From Takakia lepidozioides (taxonomy: Eukaryota > Plantae > Bryophyta): a stretch of DNA of 64,000 nucleotides. Positions 46,866 to 58,599 of this stretch are shown here, piece by piece; the first letter of the stretch is position 1; each line of letters starts with the position of its first letter. The stretch covers positions 74,586,001 through 74,650,000 of the forward strand of contig CM060731.1 of the NCBI GenBank assembly GCA_030704615.1, read 5' to 3'. A model generated the notes under the pieces. That model had not been told where the DNA came from. It was given only the letters and a program-made list of their open reading frames with translations, and ran no database searches. The translations under genes and the position numbers were made by a program.

Positions 46866-48517
46866 CGACATAAATACATTCCGACACGCCGACTCTGGTA
46901 TATTCTTGACACATGACTCACATACCGGTTACTGCTTTATTCACCAGACAGACAAATTGTAGAAATGAGACATCAAATTGTAAACAGTGGGCCAAATCCG
47001 AGAGTTATTCAACAATGAAACACAGTCATACAGAAGTGAGGTACATTCCAGGGCACACTCCAGGGCACATTTAAATTTCCCCCGTACAGGATCCTGGACC
47101 GATGAAGATTGGCTGCTGCATGAATGTAGCCGTTTCAGTTTCCTACCCTGCCATGCAAACTATGGGCAGTCACTGCCAGGTGGGCCGATAGCCACTGGAC
47201 ACGACGAAGTCCATCCCCTCTTCGATGTAAATGCGGCGCCGAATTTCCATCCGGGGGGATGGACTTCGGTGGCAGATCTCAAACTATAACTTGTTGATGA
47301 GAAAGATGTATGGTTCATCCACCGCTGGCGTGATGAACACGTTCCACCTCCGTCGGTGGGTACGTGTGACCCAGATGCTCCATTTTGGAGGCCGGACTGC
47401 TCTTCCGCTTCGTATCTTTTCCAAAATCTAAGGGCTTCGTAGCTGTCCGCAAGGTCATCGGCATCCAAGTCGTCCTCAGGTCCTCCTTTGCAAGGATGCC
47501 GTGCTTCCGGAACCGGGACGACTGCCCCTTTGGAGGCATCGATTATGCAATGTATTCGGCCACATCGGGAGACATTGTTATCTGGTACACAGATTACACA
47601 GAAGATACTGGTTCGATTGTGGAAACATTGGTGGCTTTTGAGTATATCGTAGGCCACTACGCCTTCGAGCGGGGTGACGATCTTGGTTGAGGAGTCCGTG
47701 GCTCCTGCGCATCCTCGATTCCGATTTTCCCAGCTACGACGGTCACCCATGCAGAAGAAGGCGCACTGCTATGCTGTTGCGGTGGAACTGCTGCCACTGG
47801 ACGTGGGTGGACTCCATCGGAGAGACCTATTCCTCGAGGAGTGCGCTCCTCTTCTCCATTGTATGGGGACATTCGCATTGGTGTGGACGACGAAAACGTG
47901 AAGATTTCCATATTCGATGGTGGTATGATTGAAGGGCAGGACATTGTGGTGAACATCACTAGGGGCGGTACAACGGCTGCAATCGACTTTACATGGAGGA
48001 GCCCCAGGACTCATGAGCTAGTTCTGAGAGCAGTCGAAGTCCCATTGACAACGTGACTTGTATTCAGTAGGCACAGGGCTCAAGATTTGAGGGCACAATC
48101 AGCACAGTAGACGTGCTTCAAATGCAATTCATGTGGATCAATAAAAACCTCATTGTGCCCTCTTTTTATTCTATTCTGTGTCCATCCGAGAATGCGTCAT
48201 TGCTCATTTCGTTTGGGATTGGGAGTGTGGGTGAATTTTGCAAATGGCTGGTAGGCTGAAAATGGGCCCCCATTGTACAGAGCAGTACCACCCTACCATT
48301 CGCGAAACATTGCCTTTCAATATATAATTCTAAATAACATTGCCGAACCTCCTTCATCGGGAGGTCCTTCTCCCCCTATGACCGTGGCACCCTAAACCCT
48401 ATTCCCGCGGACACTCATTTCCGGAAAATAGTGCTGCTCATGTTTTTTTCCACACTTACGACTCTGCTCATGGCTCATGCCGCTCATGGCTCATGGCTCA
48501 TGAAATAGCAGCCCCCC

Positions 48518-49430
48518 TGAGTTGTTGCCTCTCTCAGCAATTCGAGGGTATCAAAAGGCCTTGCCAGCAGACATTACCTTGTTGGAGGTGGATGATTTGG
48601 ACCGGCATGGTGCCATTGACTTGGTGATAGCTGGATGGCCTTGTCAAGGACACTCTCCCGCAGGTCATGGGAATGGCTTGCATGATGCACGATCGCATTT
48701 GTTTTGGGAGATGTTGAGAGTATTGCGTGACTTGCAGACGAGGCAAGTGCAATCTCTAGCCTATATCTTGGAGAATATTCCTCTTATGGGGGATTCTTGG
48801 GCAAGGGTTATGGCCAGTGTGGCAAGGCTGCACGTGGCTGCCCCACTCGATTTACCACTGCTAGAGGTGGACGGTCATCATGTCGCACCCTCTGTGGTTG
48901 CCTCCCTTGGTCCAAAATGCCCTCAACTGTGAGATTGGGTGGCTGTTGAATGGAATCGTATGCTCTCTTGAGCAGCTCTGGTGGTGCACGATTGGTTCAC
49001 CACAATCGAGGTCGATGCGTTCGTGATCCCACCGCTGCTGCATCCAATAGCACCACCAATCCAATCCAAGACCGCACCTGACGCTCATGAGCTTTCCCTC
49101 GTCTCATGCTTTTCGAGACAATGGTCCTGGGTTGATTTGGGACAGTGTGCTACAGCAATTGATGGAGCCCAATGCGGATGAGCGAGAGCGGGCAATGGGA
49201 TTTGCCACGCGCACTACAGCTGTGCCAGCTCTGTCAGAGGCATCACGACACCAAGTGTTGGGTCAGGAAATGGATCTCAATTGCTTGACATGGGTCATTG
49301 GCTTGTGCATGGCTGAGCAACGGAGATTGCAAGCATTAGTGGCTACTTCTGCACTTCCATTGGATATTGCACCATCTCTGCCAACCGGGACGGTGGAGGC
49401 AGTGTGTGGGGTGAGCACAGGATCATGAGG
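48518..49430 (+). pseudogene. DNMT3-like MTase of family A copy 2, C-terminal part (contains a ~260-bp inversion)
   Basis: IDLVIAGWPCQGHS, LFWEMLRVL, YILENIP. Motif VIII (LLDAAAVGSRTHRPRLW) reads on the minus strand in 48822-49084. ERERAMGF...RHQVLGQEMDLNCL follows. Confidence 0.9.
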
Positions 49431-49719
49431 TGCATGGCAGATATGGGATAAGATGCGCAAAGAGAGAGTCATTGGATCTCTCAAGCAGCAGTATGAGGAG
49501 TGGGGAGAGCCATGGACTGAAAATCAGTTGGAGGCCAAGGTGGCCAATGTTTTTGAAGAGGTTGAGAAAGTTCTTTCCCTAGAGGATGTTCTCAAGGTGG
49601 CTATGGCGGAGCAAGTGGAGGCTACGTCACGGTCAGGGTGGGCGGATAAAGCCCAAGAGGTTGCTATCTAGCAACCAAAGGATGCGTCTCCTACTTCCAA
49701 GCCTGGTGTACCCAAGGTT

Positions 49720-52359
49720 GCAGTCACTGAGGACAATTGGGAACCAGATGTTGGACCTATAGTCACCGGAGGAGAGAGACGGAGGATCCAGCGATTTCTA
49801 AGGGCTTATAGAAATTGCTTTGTCTTCGGTTTGAAGGATTTGGGGAGTTTGAAGGGCCAGGAGATTTGTATTGATTTGGCAAGTGATACGCCAATTTTGA
49901 TTGATTAATTGATGATATCATCATCTTTAGTGCTACGATTGAGGAACACGAGAGACACCTTCAGGTGGTGTTTGAGCGCTTGAAAGCGCATAGGTTGAAA
50001 TTGCACCCTGGGAAGTGCAAGTTCTTCCACAACCAGATTGAGTATCTGGGCCACATGATATACCCTGGAGGATTGGGTGTTCAAAAGACGAAGGTGGAGG
50101 CCATTGCCTGCATTCCACGCCCCATTGATGTTAGCAGAGTTCGTGCTTTCATGAGGTTGGCAAACTACTATCGACGGTTTGTCAAGGGGTTTAGCAGCAT
50201 TGCAAAGGCTCTTACCAAGTTGACCAAGGTGGGTCAGGAGTGGCAGTGGGAGGAGGAGCAAGAGGAAGCCTTTGAGGAACTCAAGGCTCGATTGACTTCT
50301 GCACCTATTCTGAGGCGGCCTATTCGGGGGCGGTCTTTCCAGCTACATATGGATTGGAGTATGCTGGGGATTGGAGCAGTGCTCACACAGGTGGATGATG
50401 AGGGAAAAGAGTTCGTAGTGGTATATGTTAGCCGCTCGAACAATGATGCCGAGGCGAAGTATAGTTCCTATGAAGGGGAGTGTCTAGCTGCAGTATGGGC
50501 AGTGGCACATTTTAGATGCTACCTCTATGGCAATCTCTTCACCCTTGTCACGGATCACCAACCATTTAAGTGGTTGATGGAGTCAGACAAGCTTACAGGG
50601 AAGCTTGCACAGTGGGCACTTATGCTTCAAGAATACGACTTCCAGGTGGTGCATCGAGCCAGAATAGTCAACCGGGATGCGGATGGATTGAGTCGCAATC
50701 CATGCACAAGTGAGCTTGATGATACAGGAGCTCGTTGGCATGGTGAGACAAACGAGGATATGGTGCCAGGATGGCATGCATCTGCCTTTTTATGCATTCT
50801 AGCAATGGGAGCTCAAGCTGGTCCATCCCATGCGATTGGTCATAGAGATAGTGTGCATGACGAGCCAGAGATCAGTGAGGAGCTTGGTGGTGCTAAGGAT
50901 ATACATGAAGATGCAGCAGTGTTGGCCTACCTTTGTACTAGAGAGACAACAGTCAGTGTGACTGCTAAGGAGAGAGATCGGATCCTACAACGAGCCAAGA
51001 GGTTCAAGTGGGAGGGGACTCACCTACTCCGAGTATGGGAGGATGGACAAGTGAGGATTGCACCTCATCCAACACAACGAGAGCGATTGGTACGCCATGC
51101 CCATGAGGAGTTGGGACATTTTGGGGTGCGGCGTACTCATAGTTTGCTGCAAGGACAGTATTGGTGGCGGGGCATGCACACGGATGTGCAACAGTTAGTG
51201 GCAAGGTGCATGGTGTGTGATAGAGTACGGACTTCTTTCAATGCACTTACTCCACAATTGCATCATTTACCCATTATGGGTTTGGGCTATCGTTGGAGTC
51301 TTGACTTCGCAGGCCCATTGCCACTAACGATTCGCCATAACAAGTATGTGCTGGTAATGGTGGAACATTTCTCCAAATGGATTGTACTGGTGGCATTGCC
51401 TGACAAGGCAAGTGAGGGGGCTGCGTATGCATTCTTAGATCGAGTGCTTAGCCAATTTGGTGCTCCAGCCAAGGTACTCACGGACCAGGGGAGAGAGTTA
51501 TTGGAGGAGTTTCAGGCTTTGTGTGAGCAAGCCTTGATAGATCACCGCACTACTTCTCGAGATCATCCCGAGGCTGATGGCTTGGCCGAGAGGGTTGTGC
51601 AAACAGTCAAGCGAGGCTTGCGCAAGTATGGCTTGCAGAAGGGACACTTGGGAGATTGGGACCTTCAGATCCCTTGGTTGGCCATGGGTTACAGGTTTAG
51701 CAAGCAAGCATCACTTGCCTTGTTCTCGCCTTATTTCCTTCTCTTTGGCCGAGAGCCAGATTTGCCTGCATCTATTCGCAGGGTGACTGCAGTAGTCCTC
51801 AACCTTGATGATCCGGATGTGTGGACACAAGCATGTGCCCAACGGGCAAAGTTGTTCCAGAGAGTCATGCCTATGGCTTTTGAGAACCTTGCTATTGCCC
51901 AACACCGAGACACATTGAGGTACGCCACTATACGTGGAGGGGGACATCGGCCAGGTGTTTGGCATTTCCATCCTGGGGACTATGTGTATCTGCAGCAGAC
52001 AGCGCCTACGACCTTGGATGTCACAGCAAGTCGTGTGATTCTAAGGGTCCGGGAGGTGTTGCCTTCAAGAGTGTTGATTCTGGAGGGTTGAGATGGCATG
52101 GTATGAAAGGACCATGTGCGCAATTGTGCGCAATTGTGCGCCATGTCACCTTCCACATGTGGATGGGAGGATAGATCCCAACCTTGCAGTGGTACCTGCA
52201 GGGTTGCGTTGCATGCTATGTGGGCATGCTGGTGGTGCCGCGACCATGTTGGTGTGTGACAAATGCTCAAGGGGGTGGCACATGGGATGCTTGACACCGC
52301 CACATGAAGAGGTTCCTAGTGGGGAATGGTTGTGTCCACGATGCCTTGGACAAAGGTAG
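49720..52359 (+). pseudogene. Family A RT remnant, RNase H, integrase and PHD finger (copy 2)
   Basis: 708-aa ORF 49965-52091 with RH and rve motifs. PHD CMLCG...MLVCDKCSRGWHMGCLTPP...WLCPRC at 52210-52344. The RT N-half is deleted near 49898. Confidence 0.92.
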
Positions 52360-52605
52360 TGGGGCATGACAGTGGCGAGGTTGACAAGTGATCCAAGGTC
52401 TAGCTAACGGGAGTTCGATGCCATGGACACCCAATTGAAGCCATGGATTGCAGGAAGGCGAGTAACGATGGGGCTACTTTTGCATCCGGCCTCTTGATCT
52501 ATTGACTTCAGATAGTGGGACTTGGGCGATTGATGACCAAGCGATGATCTTATTGGGATGGATACTTCTCAGCTATCTGGTGTAAGAGGGACCTAATCAC
52601 CGGCT

Positions 52606-53210
52606 AGGGGGGCGATTGTGGAATAGCTTTCTAGGATTGTGTGCTTAGATTGTGTGGTGGACAACGATGTATGTTGTGGCACGATGCTTAGATGCACGAC
52701 AGCTGTCATGGTTTTAGTCATGGTTATCTAGAATTATCTACTTCTAGTTAACTACGACATTTTAGATATTTATATTTATATTTTGTGTGTTGGGACTTCA
52801 TTTGGTCTCATATACCAAGTGAGGTGTCAAGCCGCACTTGGGACATGGGGATGGGTTTTCCCCTTGTGAGGGTTGAGGAGGGCTCATCTTCTTGTAGTTG
52901 AGCCTCCATGAGCTTCTCTCACCTCCATAGCTCTAGGTATTGAGAGAGAGTGTGTTGGGGCTTTGTAGGGTGGATTCCCTTAGCAAGGGTGCCCTTGGCT
53001 TGACTTAGTTTATGTGATAGAGTGGATTTCCCTTGGAAGGACTAGGGCTTGTTCTTAGTGTGATTGCTTCATGCTTTGAGAGTTTTCATTGTCTTTCACT
53101 TCTCTCATTTCTCATCTCTTATCATTGTGGTATAGCTTTCTAGGATTGTGTGCTTAGATTGTATGGTGGACAACGATGTATGTTGTGGCACGATGCTTAG
53201 ATGCACGACA
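52606..53210 (+). repeat. PPT plus family A 3' terminal block A-B-A
   Basis: AGGGGGGCGA at 52606-52615; A at 52617-52701; GC; B at 52704-53124; T; A at 53126-53210. Confidence 0.9.
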
Positions 53211-53399
53211 ACTGCCCTTTATACACATGTCGATATGTCGTTGGCTAGTTGTAGTCGTGTAGTCATAAACACATATAGGAACATGACTACGTCACTAGAA
53301 CTATCTGCCATGTGTCACAATGTCGTTGCTCAAATCGAAGTAATGTAGTGATAGCCGTGACTACATTTGTCCACATGTCATAATGTACATATACTGTGA

Positions 53400-56300
53400 A
53401 TGAACCGTGGGAAACACGGGATGCAGGGACATGCTGATTCTGATGACGAGGAGGATTGGGCTGAGTTTGGGCAGGGGCCTAATGAAAGGGAGAACAATAC
53501 GGATCATGAAGGTGGTGTGGAGGCAGAAATTCAACGAGCATTGCCGGAAGCTTTTGAGTTTGCGGATGCAAACAGGGAGGATCCGATTAATGGTGGAACT
53601 CGGGCCGAAGATAGCCCCAACGAGGAAGAATCCATGGACAATGCAGAGAATGCAGAGAATGGCCCAAACCTGAGGCACGGAGTTGACCCCAACTACGATA
53701 CGCTATTTCGACAATCTTAGTGTAAACTCTACGAAGGGAGCTCGATCAAGTTACTTTGCACTTGCTCAACTTTGTGCACACCCCACAAGTGCACCAATGG
53801 CTTTGTGGATGAGCTTCTTGGATTGTTGCGCAAAAGTTTTTTGCCGAAACAGAATTTTCTGCCGAAAACTAATTATGAAGCTAGAACTATGATTGCGAAG
53901 ATGGGATTGCAGTACACCCAGATCCATGCCTGCGAGAAAGGTTGTGTACTCTTCCGTGGGGAGAATGAAAAAGCAGAATTTTGCTCGGAGTGCAAGACGT
54001 TGCGTTACATTCCTGGTCATGGGACTGTACCCAAAAAAATACTACGATATTTTCCTATCATCCCAAGGTTGAAACGCATGTATCGATGCAAATCAATCGC
54101 GCACCTTATGACATGACACTTCAGACATAAGAGTCGGGATGGATTGGTTCGACATCCAGCTAATAGCAAAGCCTGGGCCCACGTTGACTCCACATTTGCG
54201 GATTTTGCTTCAGAACCACGAAATGTAAGATTTGGATTAGCCCTAGATGGAGTAAATCCATACAGTGCTCAATCCGCGAGTTGGAGCACATGGCCCATCC
54301 CATTGGTCAAGTATAATTTGCCTCCATGGTTGATGGCAAAGAAGTTTTTCGTCATGTTAGCACTCCTTATCCCTGGAAAGGATCTGTTACAACTGCGAAC
54401 ATTGATGTGTATTTGATGCCCCTAGTAGAGGAGCTACAGGAATTGTGGAGAGGCATCATAGCTTACGATGTTTCCCAAGCTCTCCAACAACGCCAATTCT
54501 TGCTACGGGCATTGCTGCTATGGTCAATCCATGATACCCTGCATATGGCTTGCTCGCGGGTCAGGTTACTAAAGGTTATGCTGGTTGTCCAGCCTGTGGA
54601 TTCACAGCATTTACATGCATGTTCAAAGACTGTGTTCCTAGGCCATCGGAGATTTCTTGGCCACAACCATCTGTATAGAAGATCAAGATTGTTCAATGGT
54701 GTTGTTGAGCATAAAGTGGCTCCACAAACGCAGACGGGAACACAAATAAAGAAACGTGCAATTGATCTGATTGCATGGATAGCAGCAGGGGGGAAACCAG
54801 ATACGCCATCAGACCCTTCCAAATCTCACGGATTGAAGCGATTATCAATCTTATATGCCTTGCCTTACTGGGAGGGCCTCCTCATACGGCATACGTTTGA
54901 TGCTATGCATTGCGAGAAGAACTTTGCAGAGAATATCATTAAGACTATTTTTGGGGAAAAAGATACATTGAAGGTTTGGCGTGATCTTGAATTACTTGGG
55001 CTGCGTCCATCAATGTGGTTGCAACGACATCCAAACAAGGTAGATACGTTAATCATGCCTCCTGCTCCTTATGTTCTGACTGAAGCTGAGTTGAAAGTTT
55101 TCTTGGACACTGTGCGAAACCTTAAAGTACCCACAGGATACGCATCAGCTTTCAAAAAACACGTGGTAAAGAAAAAAACTATATGGCATGAAATCACATG
55201 ATTACCATGTGTTCATGCACCAAATTTTACCGCTGGCTATTCGTGGGCTCATGGCAACAGGTGTGCGCACTACAATTTGCGAGTATGTCGTGTATTTAGG
55301 AGGTTGTGTGCAAAAGTAGTGAATCCTGCAGAGTATGAGGAGTTGAAACATGAAGCAATTGTTACTCTCTGTCTAATGGAGAAAGAGTTCCCACCATCAT
55401 TCTTTGATGTGATGACACATCTGCTTCTCCACCTAGTGGATGAGCTCGATTTATGTGGTCTTGTGGCATCACGTTGGATGTACCCCATGGAGCGGGCATT
55501 GAAAGAAATGAAGGGGTACGTCCGGAACATGGCAAAACCCGAGGGCAGCATGGCTCAAGGATACATTTTTTATGAAGCTCTAGGATTTTGCACGGAGTAT
55601 ATGGCAGGATATGATGGAACTGCACGAAGGGTGTGGGATGCAGATGAGGAAGAATCTGTGGCCGGCGTAGTTTTGGAAGGAGCCGGCAAACCTCGGAAAT
55701 TGGGTGACTTGCATGCTATTGTACACGATTACATCATTCAAAATCATCCAAGCATATCCAATATGTTGAAGTAAGTCCACACCCTTTCAGATCTGAATAT
55801 TTTGTTGATTTGATCTTTTTGTACTACCCCATGCTTAGTCTGTGTTGGCTAAATAGCCTCGACATTTTGTGCCAGGAAATATGAAGAGGAGTCCACACAA
55901 ATGGATGATTGTCCTCCATTTGCTGCTTGGCTGCCAAATGCTGTACGGGAACATCTATCTGGAATTCAAGAACATGTGCTTGAAGATGGCGTACGACAAG
56001 AATTACTGGATCTTTCAAGACCCCCATCATATTATGCCTTGACATACAAGAGTATGTCAGGATATGGCAACCATTACAGGGCTACATCCCCATGCATGAA
56101 CACATTGAGTATGGCATCCTTTGATTGTGGAGTCTCATCAGTTTTCAAGCATGAGACGGAATCTGTACGGTATGTGGGTCTTATCAGGGAGATTTTGCAG
56201 ATTGACTGTGGCACTACACGGCCTGTACATAGTGTTTTTGTGCTCCTGGGTACGGGCCCAAAATGTGGGTCGTCAACCCAGATCAATGAAGGAAGATGAT

Positions 56301-56756
56301 TGTGGCTTCACGTTGGTCAATTTCAATCAAATGACACCACCCTCTGAACAGCCTTTTGTATTGCCAGTATAGGTTGATCAAGTTTTTTTCTCTGAGTGTG
56401 TGAAGGAACGACAATGGAAAGTTGTATTGGAGAAGAGCCCCCGATCACGGAGAGTGGTGTGTGATATCTCAATTTCTATTGATGATCTAAGAAGAGTTGA
56501 AGGCTTGTTAGCTCCACAACAACTACAAGAGACATTGACTACTGGCCGAACTCACAACCGAATTCAGACAGTGACACCAGAGCAGCTGGCCTCATTGTAC
56601 CGACCCCCATACCGACGACGCGAGGTACAACCCCCAGTTGACCAGCAGGTCTGTCATGAAGACACAGATACCTCCACCGACGTTGAGGCTATGGTCAGTG
56701 ATGATGACACAGATACCTCCATATTCACAGAGATGGATTCAATCGATGGCAATTAG
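53400..56756 (+). pseudogene. CACTA TnpD-like transposase (Transposase_21, DUF4218-like and DUF4216-like regions), frameshifted
   Basis: IHACEKGCVLF...C..C; RNVRFGLALDGVNPY...WP...YNLPPW; FDAMHCEKN; FPPSFFDVMTHL...RWMYPMER...PEGSMAQGY; EQPFVL...QVFF...WKVVL. Intron at about 55771-55876. Confidence 0.9.
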
Positions 56757-56869
56757 ATATGCTACCCTTGTGCATGTATTACCTGTCATTCCAAATAAAT
56801 GTACTCTTCTGTCCCCATGTAGTCACATTTTTTTGGGTACCAACTGTCAATGAACATTGATATTCAAAT

Positions 56870-57320
56870 ATGCTCACAATTCCTCCATGCTATAAGCTGT
56901 TGTGATCAAGCACTAGTGAATTGGCCACTAGTAGGGCCATTTATTCATATCCAGATTGTAAAACATTGGCACCCAGAAGTTGGGAAGTGACCAAGTCTGG
57001 CACTTCACCATTCTACACTTCTAATATCTTCCAGTGTGCAACTATTAGTACTGATTTCATTGCTGGCAACCTGCAGTAATATCCCTATATCAAAAAAATC
57101 CCATACCCACATCCTTGGGCCTTTGTCTAGCTTCAACTACAACAACATATTGCCACATTTGGCATACATCTACGCCAGGGCAATATCCAGACTGATATTG
57201 GTACAATTCACGCTTTGATCCTGTCAATTCTCCTTTGTAGAGTTGTAGACGGGGTGGCATGCATAGCAATATCCTGCAAACGTGGCCCTGTGCATCTTCA
57301 CCCCTTCTACCACTCTGAAT
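56870..57320 (-). pseudogene. Decayed PLS-class PPR gene fragment
   Basis: Minus-strand pieces EGVKMHRATF, ISLDIALA*MYAKCGN...EARQ, VPDLVT and VANSLV resemble the ALVDMYAKCG-type motifs of plant PPR proteins. Confidence 0.45.
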
Positions 57321-58599
57321 CGCTCGCATCTGTTGTCGCCATTGAGTGGTCAGATTGTTGAGAGACCTGTGTTAGAGGACTATCTGGGACTTAGACACTT
57401 ATACGGGATTGTGGGGGTACCTTAATTTTTGCACAAACTGAGAACAACATGAGCCTTAGGGGTGACAGCAGCGCACTTTAGAGGGGGGTTACACAGCCCG
57501 TCACAGCCAACACAGCCCGTCACAGTCATCACAGCCAACACAGCCCGTCACAGTCGTCACAGCCGACACAGCCAAACACAGTCAACACAGCTCGTCACAG
57601 CCCGACACAACCCATCACAGCCAACACAGTCCGACATAGCCGACACAGCCAAACACAGTCAACACAGCTCGGCACAGCCCGACACAGCCCATCACAGCCA
57701 ACACAGCCCCGTCACAGCCGACACAGCCATACAGCCAGTCACAGCCCGACACAGCCAAACACAGTCACACAGCCAGTCACAGCCCGACACAGCCGGTCAC
57801 AGCCGGTCACAGTTTCACACAGCCAATCACAGCCCGACACAGTCACAGCCCGTCACAGCCATACACAGCCAGTCACAGCCCGAAACAGCCGTCACAGTCT
57901 GACACAGCTGTCACAGTCATAGGGAACGGTTATCATGACAGGGAACGACTGTGGGGAATAGCATCTGCCGGGGAACATGTAATTCACGGAGGACGGTTAG
58001 TGAAGGAAAACGGTTAGAACAGGGGGGAAGGGATAAAGCGGGCAGCGGAGACAAGAGGAGGAGCACTTGTTGGGGGAGACTTCGGACATCACTGGGGAAA
58101 AGGAGGAGAGAGCGTATCTCTGAGCAGAAAGATGGAGAGCACGGAGAAGGAGGAGGATCTGTTGATGCTTAATGATAGCAAGCAGTAGAATTATAATATA
58201 GAGCAGATTAGAGACTCTAGGACTTTAGCCTGATACTTGATAGATATTAATCTGATACACACTTCATACTCACACTGTGTAGAGAGATCTGAGTGAAGCT
58301 GTGGAATGAATGGATGAGTTGATGGAGCAATCTGATACTTAATTACCAGCAGTAAGGTAACTAGCTAACATGAACGCGGGAAGGAAAACAAATAGGAAAC
58401 ACCCCCATGATAAACTAGCTGTAGGTCATGACTGATTGTTCTGAGCGGGCTGAGTACTTAGAGATTTCCAACTCTTCTATCTTGGAGTTTCCGCCTCGGA
58501 TAGCGAAGGGATGGGTGAGTAAAAGCCGCGCGACATTTGGCGACCATACTGGGGAACTGAGTCATGAACAACCAGATGTGACAGGCATCTGGTGGGATC

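Larger units (their letters stand above)
34834..48517. mobile_element. MULE/Mutator-like DNA transposon, ~13.7 kb
   Basis: Inverted termini are built of CATGAGC repeats (34850-34945 versus 48435-48502). The right end is ...AAATAGCAGCCCCCC; the left end is degraded. Candidate 9-bp TSD TGAGTTGTT at 48518, with a degenerate TGA-TTGT at 34827. The host MTase frame resumes across the element (RYP|ELLPLSAIRGYQ). Confidence 0.8.
28860..53210 (+). mobile_element. Ty3/gypsy family A copy 2 (both ends present; interrupted by the MULE-like element; internal inversion and RT deletion)
   Basis: Starts TGTCATGG at 28860 and ends GCACGACA at 53210, flanked by ACTG at 28856-28859 and 53211-53214. Order is gag-PR-MTase-RT-RH-INT-PHD. 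Confidence 0.85.

Noticed and set aside
28860-53210. DIRS/Ngaro/PAT element (split repeats plus methyltransferase)
   Set aside because: I see no tyrosine recombinase motifs. The element has a protease, an rve DDE integrase, a PPT and a TSD, and its MTase is C5-type rather than the adenine type of DIRS.
57462-57902. Ser/Thr/His/Gln-rich ORFs in family B LTRs (also 5901-6107, 14209-14791)
   Set aside because: They arise from the CACAGCC simple repeat, and frame and length differ between LTR copies.
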